A stretch of 64,000 bases of DNA. It comes from an uncultured Actinomycetes bacterium. GTDB lineage: Bacteria > Actinomycetota > Thermoleophilia > Gaiellales > JAICJC01. The stretch covers positions 856,030 through 920,029 of the forward strand of contig CAVPWG010000005.1 in NCBI GenBank assembly GCA_963709425.1. Reading direction: 5' to 3'. A program made the translations under genes and the position numbers. Of the stretch, positions 1 through 9,476 are shown in pieces. How positions within the stretch are numbered: the stretch's first letter is position 1; each line of letters opens with the position of its first letter. The notes under the pieces are model-generated. The model was given only the letters and a program-made list of their open reading frames with translations. It was not told where the DNA came from and did not search any database.

Positions 1-192
1 GTCCCCGGAGGCCACGCGTACCTTGCACTTGCGGCATGTCCCGTGACCGCCGCACGTCGAGTCGATCGCGATGCCGTTCCACGACGCCGCGTCGAACACC
101 GTCGTCCCGGCCGGGACGCGCACCTCGCCGCCCTCGGGGCGGAAGCTGAGGCGGACGCGGCCCGTCCCCGACTCGACGGTGGCGTCGGTCAC
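1..192 (-). CDS. Corrinoid reductive-activation protein (RACo/COG3894-like), N-terminal [2Fe-2S] ferredoxin domain; 5' part only, gene runs off the left edge
   Basis: Too short for the ORF track. My translation of the minus strand from GTG 192-190 is VTDATVESGTGRVRLSFRPEGGEVRVPAGTTVFDAASWNGIAIDSTCGGHGTCRKCKVRVASGD. It carries a ferredoxin-type CGGxGxCxxC motif. GTGA overlap with the stop (189-191) of the upstream methyltransferase. Confidence 0.6.
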   Translation of the reverse strand, partial: MTDATVESGTGRVRLSFRPEGGEVRVPAGTTVFDAASWNGIAIDSTCGGHGTCRKCKVRVASGD

Positions 193-1046
193 CGCTGCGC
201 CGCCGCCTGCTTCGCGCGATGCGCCGCGATCCAGCGCCCGCCCCACTCGTCGTGGCCCAGCAGGAAGTCGGCGGCGCGGACTCCCTCGACGCAGACCGGC
301 GAGCGGGCATCCATGATCGCGCTCGTGAGCCCGTGGCTCGCCGCGATCGCCAGGAAGCCTGCGCCCAGGACGTGGCGGCCGGGCAGGCCGAACGAGGTGT
401 TCGACGCGCCGCACGTGGTGTTCACGCCCAGGTCCTCGCGGAGCAGGCGGAGCGTCTCGATGAAGAGCGTGACGGCCCGCGGCTCGGCGCCGACGGGCAT
501 CGCGAGCGGATCGATCACAACATCCTCGGGGGGGATGCCGTGGTCGCCGGCGACCGACACGATCTTGCGCGCCACCTCGAGCCGGCGCTCGGGGTCCATC
601 GGGATCTCGTCGTCGTTCGCAAGGCCGATCACCGCGGCGCCGTGGCGCGCGACCAGCGGCAGGATCGCCTCGAGCCGCTCATCCTCCCCCGTCACCGAGT
701 TGACGAGCGCCTTGCCGTCGTAGGCGTCGAGACCGGCCTCGAGCGCCTCGATCACCGACGAGTCGATGACGAGCGGAAGGTCGGTCAGGTCCTGCACCCG
801 CGCCACCCCGGCGCGCATCAGCTCCACCTCGTCGGCCAGCGGGTCGCCGACGTTCACGTCGAGCATGTCCGCGCCGCCGGCGACCTGCTCGGCGACGTCG
901 TCGTCGAGCTGCGAGAGGTCGCCGGCCTGGAGCTGCGCCTGGAGCGCCTTCCGCCCGGTCGGGTTGATCCGCTCGCCGATCACGCAGAACGGCCGTCCTG
1001 CACCGATCGTGACGGTCCTAGACCGCGACTGGAGAACCGTGTCCAT
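189..1046 (-). CDS. Methyltetrahydrofolate:corrinoid methyltransferase (pterin-binding domain protein, MtgA/AcsE/MetH-pterin-module-like)
   Basis: ORF 189..1172(-). Pterin-binding-type sequence (VIGERINPTGRK, DMLDVNVG, ALVNSVTGE, TCGASNTSFGLP). Start trimmed to ATG 1046 (MDTVLQSRSRTVTIG) because the 42 upstream codons are Arg/Ser/Pro-rich junk. Confidence 0.85.
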   Translation of the reverse strand: MDTVLQSRSRTVTIGAGRPFCVIGERINPTGRKALQAQLQAGDLSQLDDDVAEQVAGGADMLDVNVGDPLADEVELMRAGVARVQDLTDLPLVIDSSVIEALEAGLDAYDGKALVNSVTGEDERLEAILPLVARHGAAVIGLANDDEIPMDPERRLEVARKIVSVAGDHGIPPEDVVIDPLAMPVGAEPRAVTLFIETLRLLREDLGVNTTCGASNTSFGLPGRHVLGAGFLAIAASHGLTSAIMDARSPVCVEGVRAADFLLGHDEWGGRWIAAHRAKQAAAQR

Positions 1047-1175
1047 GCTCAACCCTTTCGGCGTACGTCGGGATGCCAAGGCGACGGCTCGCATTGGCGA
1101 TGCCGGCGTCCTTCCTGGAGCTGATGAAGTGGAGCGGTCGCTTGACGGCCGCCTCGACGCCAGCGACCACACTCA

Positions 1176-1837
<662 letters not shown>

Positions 1838-1841
<4 letters not shown>

Positions 1842-2581
1842 GCTGCTCCTTGGGTCGTGGTCCTGTAGCCGAGCCGGGCCGACAGGCCGTCCGCGCCGGC
1901 GACGAGCACCGGGGCGAGCTCCGCGATGCGGGCGGGTGTGAGGCGATGGTCCGGCCCGGAGATGGAAAGCGCCGCGACAGTCTCGCCGCTCGCGTCGCGG
2001 ACGGGGGCGGCCATCGCCGCGAGGCCGGGCTCGAGCTCTCCGACGGCGGTTGCGAAGCCGCGCGCGCGGACGGAGTCGAGCTGGGCCTCGGGCAGGTCGG
2101 GCTCGAGTGCCGCCGGCGCGGCGCCGAACGCCGCAAAGACCTTCCCGACCGCCGTCGTCGTGTAGGCGACGCGACGGCCGAGCCAGTTGGTGCTGCCGAT
2201 GAAGTGGCTGCTGTCGACCTGGGCGAGGTGCTCGACGCCGAGAGGCGTCGGGACGGCCAGGTTGATCGTCTCGCCGCTGGCCTCGCCCAGCGCCTCGAGC
2301 ACCGGATCGGCGAAGTCGACGAGGTCGGCGTCGGGGACGCCGCGGCGAGCCAGGCCGAGCAGGACGGGGCCGGGCCGCACTCCGCGGCGGGCACCGTCGC
2401 GCTGGAGGAGACCACGGCGCTCGAGTGCCGAGATGGCGCGCGAGACGGTGCTCTTCGGAAGGCCGCTACGCTCTGCGAGCTCGCCCACGCTGGACGCGCC
2501 GTCGCCCTCGACGACGAGCACGAGAAGCTGTGCAGCACGATCGATCGACTGGGCGCCTGTCATTGCATTTCGCCCCGTCAT
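1838..2581 (-). CDS. IclR-family transcriptional regulator
   Basis: Only the last 247 codons of the artefactual 1424-aa ORF 1838..6112(-) look real. They contain a wHTH (SVGELAERSGLPKSTVSRAISALERRGLL) followed by an IclR effector domain. ATG at 2581 (alternative ATG 2563). Divergent from the MttB-family gene. Confidence 0.85.
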
Positions 2582-2626
2582 ATGAAACACTCGTTCCACA
2601 TACAGGAATCTTAGGGGAGCGCGGGG

Positions 2627-4066
2627 ATGTTCGTCAACAAGATGCCGCGGTACGAGATCCTCTCCGAGGAGGCGATGGCCACACTCGACCGCGGATGGCG
2701 CCGGATCGTGTCGGAGATCGGGGTCGAGTTCATCCTGCCGGAGGCGGTCGACGTGTTCGCCGCGGCGGGTCAGCGCACGGAGGATGCGAAGGTCTGGCTC
2801 GACCCGGACTTCGTGATGGAGCAGGTCGCGAAGGCGCCGAAGGAGTTCGACCTCCGGGCCAGGAATCCGGAGCAGACCGTCCACGTGGGGGGCGACGGGA
2901 TGGCGTTCGGGTCGGTCTACGGCCCGCCGTTCGTGCGCGATGGCGACGTCCGCCGCGAGGCGACGATGGCCGACTTCGAGAACTTCTGCCGCCTCTCGCA
3001 GGCGTTTCCCCAGCTCGACTCGGCGGGCGGGACGATCTGCGAGCCGAACGATCGGCCGCTCGACTCGCGCCACCTCGACATGGTGTATGCGCTCCAGACG
3101 CTGACCGACAAGCCCTACATGGGCTCGGTGACGTCGGGCCCGAACGCGGCCGACACGATCGCGATGACCGAGATCCTGTTCGGCGGCCGCACGGTCATCG
3201 AGGAGACCCCGGCCGTCATCTCGCTCATCAACGTCAACTCGCCGCTTCGCTACGACGACCGGATGCTCGCGGCGATGTTCGAGTACGTGCGCGCCGGCCA
3301 GCCCGTCGTACTGACGCCGTTTCTCCTGATGGGAGCGATGTCGCCGGTGTCGGTGCCCGCATCGCTCGTGCAGCAGATGGCCGAGGGGCTCGCCGGGATC
3401 GCGCTGTCGCAGCTCCTGCGGCCGGGCTGCCCGGTGGTCTTCGGGTCGTTCCTCTCGAACACGGACATGCAGTCGGGATCGCCGAGCTTCGGGACGCCCG
3501 AGTCGGCGGTGGGCCTGCTCTGCACCGGCCAGATCGCGCGCAGCTTCGGTCTTCCCTGGCGCTCCGGCGGCGGCCTGACGTCGAGCCAGACGGTCGACGC
3601 CCAGGCCGCCTACGAGGCGATGATGACGATGCTCCCGACATTCCTCGCAGGGGCGAACTGGGTCATGCACTCGGCCGGCTGGCTCGAGTCGGGCCTCGTG
3701 TCGTGCTACGAGAAGTTCGTTGTCGACATCGAGATCCTGCGGATGCTCCAGGAGGAGTTCACCCCGCTCGAGGTCGACGAGGCGAGCCTCGCGTTCGACG
3801 CCCATCTGGAGGTCGGCCAGGGCGGGCATTTCCTCGGTGCGGCGCACACGCTCGAGCGGTTCCGCGACTGCTTCTACCGGCCGCTGCTCTCCTCCACCGA
3901 GAACTTCGAGCGGTGGAACCGGCTGGGGGCGCGCGACGCCACCGAGCGGGCCGGCGAGATCTGGCGGGCGACGCTCGAGGAGTACGAGCAGCCGCCCGTC
4001 GACGAGGGGGTGCGGGCCGAGCTCGAGGCCTACGTCACCCGCCGCCGGGCGGAGCTCGGCGACTAG
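2627..4066 (+). CDS. MttB-superfamily (trimethylamine methyltransferase family) substrate:corrinoid methyltransferase, non-pyrrolysine type
   Basis: Uninterrupted 479-aa ORF of full MttB-family length with family-like blocks (GGTICEPNDRPLD, LINVNSPLRYD, FGSFLSNTDMQSGSPSFGTPE). There is no in-frame TAG, so it resembles MtgB/MtpB/MtcB rather than Pyl-MttB. Confidence 0.85.
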   Translation: MFVNKMPRYEILSEEAMATLDRGWRRIVSEIGVEFILPEAVDVFAAAGQRTEDAKVWLDPDFVMEQVAKAPKEFDLRARNPEQTVHVGGDGMAFGSVYGPPFVRDGDVRREATMADFENFCRLSQAFPQLDSAGGTICEPNDRPLDSRHLDMVYALQTLTDKPYMGSVTSGPNAADTIAMTEILFGGRTVIEETPAVISLINVNSPLRYDDRMLAAMFEYVRAGQPVVLTPFLLMGAMSPVSVPASLVQQMAEGLAGIALSQLLRPGCPVVFGSFLSNTDMQSGSPSFGTPESAVGLLCTGQIARSFGLPWRSGGGLTSSQTVDAQAAYEAMMTMLPTFLAGANWVMHSAGWLESGLVSCYEKFVVDIEILRMLQEEFTPLEVDEASLAFDAHLEVGQGGHFLGAAHTLERFRDCFYRPLLSSTENFERWNRLGARDATERAGEIWRATLEEYEQPPVDEGVRAELEAYVTRRRAELGD

Positions 4067-4084
4067 GGAACGGAGGGAGCGACC

Positions 4085-5251
4085 ATGCGACTCGCGGGGC
4101 ACTACGAGCGGCTGGGCACAGAGCGCGCCTTCGAGGTCCTCGCGCGGGCCAGGGCGCTCGAGGCACAGGGCCGGAACATCGTCCACCTCGAGATCGGCGA
4201 GCCCGACTTCGACACACCTCCGCACGTGGTCGAGGCCGGGGTGCGCGCGCTGCGCGAGGGCCACACCCACTATTGCCCCGCACCGGGGCTGCCCGAGCTT
4301 CGCGATGCCGCGGCCGAGCACCTCACGCGGACGCGCGGCGTCGCCGTCGATCCCGCGCGGGTGCTTGTCGCACCCGGGGCGAAGTGGTTCCTCTTCTTCG
4401 GCGTCCTCGCGGTCGCGGGCGAAGGCGACGAGGTGATCTACCCGAACCCCGGCTACCCGATCTACGAGTCGGCGATCAACTGGTCGGGCGCCACGGCGGT
4501 GCCGCTCCCGATCACCGAGGAGACGGGGTTCGCCTTCACCGCCGACGATCTCGCGGAGCGGCTCACGCCGCGGACGCGGATGGTCATCCTGAACTCGCCG
4601 GCGAATCCGACCGGCGGGGCGCTCGACCGCGAGCTGAACCTCCAGATCGCCCGCATCCTGGCCAATCACGACTGCTGGATCCTGACCGACGAGGTCTATT
4701 CGGAGCTCCTGTACGAGGGCGCGCACGACTCGATCGCCGCGCACGGCCTGCTCGACCGCACGATCCTGCTCGACGGCTTCTCCAAGACGTACGCGATGAC
4801 CGGGTGGCGGCTGGGGTACGCGGCGGTGCCGCCCGACCTGATCGAGCCGCTCTCGCGCTTTCTCATCAACTCGGTCGCGTGCACAGCGCCCGCCGTGCAG
4901 CTCGCCGGCGTCGCAGCGCTGACCGGGCCGCACGACGCGATCGACGCGATGGTCGCGGAGTTCGTGCGGCGGCGCGAGGTGTTGGTCGACGGGCTGAACC
5001 GGCTTCCGGGCGTCTCGTGCGTGATGCCGCGGGGCGCCTTCTACGCCTTCCCGAACGTGACCGCAACGGGCATCGACGAGCGCACGCTCGCATCGCGGCT
5101 GCTCGACGAGGCCGGCGTGGCCGTGCTCGCCGGGACGGATTTCGGCGCCCATGGCGCGGGCCACATCCGGCTCTCGTACGCCAACTCGCTGGAGCACCTG
5201 CACGAGGCGCTGGGCCAGATGGGCGGCCTGCTCGAGGCCGTCGCGGTCTAG
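4085..5251 (+). CDS. Class I/II PLP-dependent aminotransferase (aspartate aminotransferase-like)
   Basis: 388 aa. Contains NSPANPTG and the PLP-lysine block SKTYAMTGWRLGY. Lies 18 nt downstream of the MttB-family gene. Confidence 0.9.
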   Translation: MRLAGHYERLGTERAFEVLARARALEAQGRNIVHLEIGEPDFDTPPHVVEAGVRALREGHTHYCPAPGLPELRDAAAEHLTRTRGVAVDPARVLVAPGAKWFLFFGVLAVAGEGDEVIYPNPGYPIYESAINWSGATAVPLPITEETGFAFTADDLAERLTPRTRMVILNSPANPTGGALDRELNLQIARILANHDCWILTDEVYSELLYEGAHDSIAAHGLLDRTILLDGFSKTYAMTGWRLGYAAVPPDLIEPLSRFLINSVACTAPAVQLAGVAALTGPHDAIDAMVAEFVRRREVLVDGLNRLPGVSCVMPRGAFYAFPNVTATGIDERTLASRLLDEAGVAVLAGTDFGAHGAGHIRLSYANSLEHLHEALGQMGGLLEAVAV

Positions 5252-5254
5252 CCG

Positions 5255-6217
5255 GTGGCGGCGTCGATCGTCGTCACGAGGCGGATCCCCGAGCCGGCGA
5301 TCGAGCTCCTCCACTCGGCCGGAGACGTCTGGCTCTCGCCTCACGACCGGCCGCTTGCGGCCGGCGAGCTGCACGAGGCGGTGGCCGGCGCCGACGGCGT
5401 GGTGACGCTGCTCCACGACCGGGTTGACGACGCGTTCCTGGATGCCGCCGGCGCGGGCCTCCGCGTCGTCGCGAACGCCGCGGTGGGCTACGACAACATC
5501 GACGTGCCGGCGTGTGCCCGGCGGGGCGTCGTCGTGACGAACACGCCGGGCGTCCTGACCGAGGCCACGGCCGACCTCGCGTTCGCGCTCATCCTGATGG
5601 CGACCCGGCGACTGGGCGAGGGCGAGCGGCTCATCCGGGCCCAGACCCCATGGTCGTGGAGCATGTTCTTCATGCTCGGAACGGGGATCCAGGGCAAGAC
5701 GCTCGGCATCGTCGGGCTCGGGAAGATCGGCCAGGCGACCGCGCGCCGGGCGCGCGCATTCGGGATGCAGATCGCCTACTCGGGACGACGGCGCGCTGCG
5801 GCCGAGGTCGAGGCGGAGCTCGAGGCGCGCTTCGTCACGCTCGAGGAGCTGCTGGGGAGCGCCGACGTCGTCTCGCTCCATTGTCCCCTCAGCGCCGAGA
5901 CGCACCATCTGATCGATGCGGCCGCGCTGGCCGGGATGAGGCCGTCGGCGTTCCTCGTCAACACGACCCGGGGGCCGGTCGTCGACGAGGCGGCGCTCGC
6001 CGCGGCCCTGCGTTCCGGCGCGATCTCGGGGGCGGGGCTCGACGTCTTCGAGCGCGAGCCAGACGTGCATCCCGACCTGCTCGGCCTCGAGAACGCCGTC
6101 CTCATCCCCCACCTCGGGTCGGCGACCGTCGAGACCCGGACGGCGATGGGCGTGCTCGCGGCGCGGAATGTCGTCGCGGTTCTCGGCGGCGATCCGGCCG
6201 TTACGCCCGTGGCCTGA
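5255..6217 (+). CDS. D-isomer-specific 2-hydroxyacid dehydrogenase (glyoxylate/hydroxypyruvate reductase-like)
   Basis: 320 aa. NAD-binding GIVGLGKIGQATARRA, plus NTTRGPVVDE, DVFEREP and PHLGSAT. GTG start 3 nt after the aminotransferase stop. Confidence 0.9.
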   Translation: MAASIVVTRRIPEPAIELLHSAGDVWLSPHDRPLAAGELHEAVAGADGVVTLLHDRVDDAFLDAAGAGLRVVANAAVGYDNIDVPACARRGVVVTNTPGVLTEATADLAFALILMATRRLGEGERLIRAQTPWSWSMFFMLGTGIQGKTLGIVGLGKIGQATARRARAFGMQIAYSGRRRAAAEVEAELEARFVTLEELLGSADVVSLHCPLSAETHHLIDAAALAGMRPSAFLVNTTRGPVVDEAALAAALRSGAISGAGLDVFEREPDVHPDLLGLENAVLIPHLGSATVETRTAMGVLAARNVVAVLGGDPAVTPVA

Positions 6218-6809
6218 CGAGCTGGAAATTCACCCATTTCGGCGCAACAGGAGGCGGCGCGTCGGTCCCGACGGCGACGAAGTGCCGGTAGCGGGCAACC
6301 GCCTCGTCCTCGTCTGCACCGAACCAGGCTCTCACCCGATCGATCGAGAGAAACGCTGGGCGAGGGACGAGCCCCGACGTGGCGGCATGGCTCGACCACG
6401 GCCACAGCTCAGCGGCCGCGCAGAGGCCGGCGCGAACCGGGTTCCTGGCGATGTAACGGGCGGCTTCCAGCTCGCGCCTACCGCCTCGCATGATCCACGC
6501 TCGGTAGGGCCGTTCGAGCACGTGCCCATCGCGTTCGTGGACGCGGTTGAACCGGTTCGAGTAGAGGCAGTTGATCCTGTGCATCGCGACGCCGAGGTTG
6601 GCACGAGGAGTCTCGACGAGCAGGTGATAGTGGTTCCCCATCAGGCAGTAGGCGTGGCACACCAGCCCGTCTCGGGCCGATGCGTCGGCGAGGAAGCTCA
6701 GGAACGCTCGACGATCCTCGTCATCCAGGTAGATGTCCTGATGGACGTTCCCCCTCGCGGTGACGTGGTACAGGACCCCGGCGACTTGCGGACGGTGGTT
6801 GCGACCCAC
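6201..6809 (-). CDS. REP-associated tyrosine transposase (RAYT; IS200-like Y1/HUH transposase family)
   Basis: 202 aa. HUH motif GNHYHLLVE and a C-terminal catalytic-Tyr region AARYIARNPVRAGL. Its 3' end overlaps the dehydrogenase 3' end convergently by 17 nt. Confidence 0.8.
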   Translation of the reverse strand: MGRNHRPQVAGVLYHVTARGNVHQDIYLDDEDRRAFLSFLADASARDGLVCHAYCLMGNHYHLLVETPRANLGVAMHRINCLYSNRFNRVHERDGHVLERPYRAWIMRGGRRELEAARYIARNPVRAGLCAAAELWPWSSHAATSGLVPRPAFLSIDRVRAWFGADEDEAVARYRHFVAVGTDAPPPVAPKWVNFQLVRPRA

Positions 6810-6882
6810 GTCGACAACGGTACGAGCGGTCGCGCTCGCACGTGTGTCACGAATCGTCGCAATCCAGACACAGACTCAACCC

Positions 6883-7003
6883 TGGACCACGTCCAACTCG
6901 CCCTGGCACCCGATGAGGTGGACCAGGTCCAGCCGGCTCGGATCGCGCCCCGGGTGGACGTGGTCCCAACCGTTGCTGGAGGTCAGGGTGTGGACCTGGT
7001 CCA
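6883..7003. repeat. Array of four 13-bp palindromic cores TGGAC(C/G)N(G/C)GTCC(A/C) at an exact 36-bp period (REP/BIME-like or operator array)
   Basis: Read directly: 6883 TGGACCACGTCCA, 6919 TGGACCAGGTCCA, 6955 TGGACGTGGTCCC, 6991 TGGACCTGGTCCA. Cores 1 and 3 are near reverse complements of each other, as are cores 2 and 4. The spacers are unrelated. The array lies between the RAYT start and the Hcy-methyltransferase stop. Confidence 0.7.
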
Positions 7004-7039
7004 GACGTCTCAGAGCCGGTAGGCCGTCACGGTGGGCGT

Positions 7040-7948
7040 TCAGGAGCCGGTCGGGGCGAGGTCGAGCGCCGCGCGCATCGCGGCCACATGGGCCGGCGTC
7101 GAGCCGCAGCATGCGCCGATCACACCCACGCCGAGCTCGCGCATCCGCACCGCGTACTCGGCCATGACCTCGGGGGTGCCGTCGTAGTGGAACTCAGATC
7201 CGTGCAGCTGCGGCATGCCGGCGTTGCTCTGGGCGATCAGGTGGACGCCGGACGGTCGACACTCCGCCATCTGGGTCATCACGGGGCCGATCTCGTGCGG
7301 GCCGTTCCCGCAGTTTCCCCCGACGATGCGGGCGCCCAGCGACGCCAGGGCCTCGGCGGCGCGCTCCGGGCTCACACCCATCATCGTGTGGCCGTGGGTG
7401 TCGAAGGTGAGGGTTGCGGCGACGGGGAGATCCGGCGCGACCTCGGTAGCGGCACCCACCGCAGCTTCGACCTCGGCCAGATCGCTCATCGTCTCGACGA
7501 GGATGACGTCCGCGCCGCCCTCGGCGAGCGCCGCGATCTGCTCGGCGAACATCGCCTTCACCTCGTCCGGTTCCACCACGCCGATGGGGGCGATCAACTC
7601 GCCGCTCGGCCCGACGTCGCCGAGCACCCAGCCGTCGAACCGGTCGGCGACCTCGCGGGCGATCCGGGTACCGGCCAGGTTCAGCTCGCGCACGCGATCC
7701 TGGTGGCCGTGAAGTGCGAGGCGCGCGCTCGTTCCGCCGAAGGTGTTCGTCGTGACGAGCCGGGCACCGGCCTCTGCGTACTCGGTGTGGATCGCCGCGA
7801 TCGTGTCGGCGTGGTCGACGTTCCACAGCTCGGCCGCGCCACCCGGCTCAATGCCCCGGGTCTGGAGCAGGGTGCCCATGGCGCCGTCGCCCAGGACGAC
7901 GCCCCCGCTGTCAAGCAGCTCGAACAGCTCTTGCGATCGCCCGCTCAT
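7040..7948 (-). CDS. Homocysteine S-methyltransferase domain protein (MetH N-terminal module/MmuM-like)
   Basis: 302 aa. Contains GDGAMGT and TNTFGG, with zinc-ligand cysteines in GGNCGNGP and GACCGSTPAH. ATGA overlap with the upstream small ORF. Confidence 0.9.
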   Translation of the reverse strand: MSGRSQELFELLDSGGVVLGDGAMGTLLQTRGIEPGGAAELWNVDHADTIAAIHTEYAEAGARLVTTNTFGGTSARLALHGHQDRVRELNLAGTRIAREVADRFDGWVLGDVGPSGELIAPIGVVEPDEVKAMFAEQIAALAEGGADVILVETMSDLAEVEAAVGAATEVAPDLPVAATLTFDTHGHTMMGVSPERAAEALASLGARIVGGNCGNGPHEIGPVMTQMAECRPSGVHLIAQSNAGMPQLHGSEFHYDGTPEVMAEYAVRMRELGVGVIGACCGSTPAHVAAMRAALDLAPTGS

Positions 7949-8232
7949 CCGTCGAGCATCCCCTCGAGCCGCTCCTGGGGGTGGTCGTGATCGAGCCCGG
8001 CCGCGACGCGGCCGGCCACCTCATCGGGGCTACCCTCGGCCTCGCGCCATTCGTCGTGATGCCACTGCTCGAGGTACGCGTCGGAGCCCGCCATCCCGCG
8101 CCGCATCGCCGCGTCGTCGATCGCCTCCTGGAACCGCTGCGGAAGCTCGACCTTGGCTGTGCCGCCCGCCGCGTCGCGGGCGGTGACGAGGGACGGGATC
8201 TCGGCCCATCGGGTGACTCGGTACTCGGCCAT
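7945..8232 (-). CDS. Small 'Virulence_fact'-type domain protein (a domain I recall as associated with B12-binding/Hcy-methyltransferase proteins)
   Basis: ORF 7945..8322(-) trimmed to ATG 8232 (MAEYRVTRWAEIPSLVTARD...), 95 aa. From memory it resembles Pfam PF13769, which co-occurs with S-methyl_trans and B12-binding domains. Translationally coupled to the Hcy methyltransferase. Confidence 0.55.
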   Translation of the reverse strand: MAEYRVTRWAEIPSLVTARDAAGGTAKVELPQRFQEAIDDAAMRRGMAGSDAYLEQWHHDEWREAEGSPDEVAGRVAAGLDHDHPQERLEGMLDG

Positions 8233-8243
8233 GCCGGCGAAGT

Positions 8244-8984
8244 CTACGTCGGCCCCGCAACGATCCGGTAGCCCAAATCGAGCTCCGCCAGCTCCAGCAG
8301 ATCGGCGTGCCGGCGGTGCCACTCACCCGACTCGAGGTCGGCCGCCAGGCGCTCGAACGCCGGGGCCAGGGCGTCGCCGAAGTGGGCCAGGTTCGAGATG
8401 CCGGCCCGGACGACCGGATCGAGGTAGGCCTCGGGCCGCCTCCAGAACGCGCCGAAGAACCCGTCCGTGCAGTCGTGCGGCACCGGCACGGGCGTTGCCG
8501 CTGCCTCGGGGCCGATCAGCCGCCGCACGGACTCCAGCGGCGGGCAGCGGGCGATGTCCCACTCGACCGCCGCGTCCGGCAGGTACTCGCCGGAGAGCCA
8601 GAACGAGCGTGCCATGCCCGGGTCCCAGGTGAGGACGACGACCCGCCGCGCGACCCGCCGCATCTCCGCGAACCCCCGTGCCAGATCCGGCCAGTGATGG
8701 ATCGTGAGGACGGCCAGCGCGGCGTCGACGGCGCCGTCCTCGAGCGGGATCGCCTCGGCCGTCGCCTGAACGGCGGGAGCGAGGCCATCGGGCCGTTGCG
8801 CGATCATGACGGCTGAGGGCTCCACCGCCAGCACCGTCTCCGGCGGCTCGTAGGAACCCGCTCCGGCGCCGACGTTCACGACCGACCGCGCGCCGCTGAG
8901 CGCTCGCCGGACGGCTGCGTCTATGCGGGGATCGGGGCGGCGTGTCTCCGCGTAGGTGAGGCCGATTCGGTCGTAGACCGCCAT
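8244..8984 (-). CDS. Class I SAM-dependent methyltransferase
   Basis: 246 aa. SAM motif I VVNVGAGAGSY. Ends 11 nt upstream of the small ORF in the same orientation. Confidence 0.8.
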   Translation of the reverse strand: MAVYDRIGLTYAETRRPDPRIDAAVRRALSGARSVVNVGAGAGSYEPPETVLAVEPSAVMIAQRPDGLAPAVQATAEAIPLEDGAVDAALAVLTIHHWPDLARGFAEMRRVARRVVVLTWDPGMARSFWLSGEYLPDAAVEWDIARCPPLESVRRLIGPEAAATPVPVPHDCTDGFFGAFWRRPEAYLDPVVRAGISNLAHFGDALAPAFERLAADLESGEWHRRHADLLELAELDLGYRIVAGPT

Positions 8985-9065
8985 CGAGCCACCCTAGCGC
9001 CGGCCGATCACGAACCGGAAGCCTCCGACCAGACCCGCTCCTCATGCGGTCGAGCACCTCGCCGC

Positions 9066-9473
9066 GTGACGCTCTACGCTGCCGGGATGACCGAGGCGCA
9101 CCAGGGCGGGTGTCTGTGCGGCGCCGTCCGCTACCGCGTCGACGGGCCGCTGCGCGAGGTGATCGTGTGCCACTGCAGCGTCTGCCGGCGCACGCACGGA
9201 GAGCCGGCGGCGTTCACCGCCTGCCCGCGCGAGCGACTCGAGGTCGAGGACGCGCACGACCTGCGGTGGCACGAGCACGACGGCGCGCGTCGCGGCTTCT
9301 GTGCCGTCTGCGGCTCACGCCTGTTCTGGGATCGGGGGCGATCGACGATCTCGATTGCGGCAGGGAGCGTCGACGAGCCGACCGGGCTCACGACGAGCCG
9401 CCACATCTACACGGAGTCCGCCGGCGACTGGTACGACATTCCTCCGGGCCGGCCGGCGGCGACCGCCGGGTGA
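9066..9473 (+). CDS. GFA-family (glutathione-dependent formaldehyde-activating/CENP-V-like) zinc protein
   Basis: 135 aa. Cys clusters CLCGAVRY, CHCSVCRR and FCAVCGSRLF. The start may instead be ATG 9087. Confidence 0.75.
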   Translation: MTLYAAGMTEAHQGGCLCGAVRYRVDGPLREVIVCHCSVCRRTHGEPAAFTACPRERLEVEDAHDLRWHEHDGARRGFCAVCGSRLFWDRGRSTISIAAGSVDEPTGLTTSRHIYTESAGDWYDIPPGRPAATAG

Positions 9474-9476
9474 CGC

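Noticed and set aside
2627-4066. Possible pyrrolysine (in-frame UAG) in the MttB homolog.
   Set aside because: The ORF is uninterrupted over the full family length and has no internal TAG. No pylTSBCD genes are in the window.
6760-7167. ORFs with a 12-residue periodic motif (WT[TRW] every 12 aa on the plus strand; LDxVH every 12 aa in 6876..7112 on the minus strand) that could be taken for a repeat protein.
   Set aside because: The periodicity appears in every frame and on both strands because it derives from the 36-bp-phased DNA palindromes. The translations are otherwise junk and lack start context.
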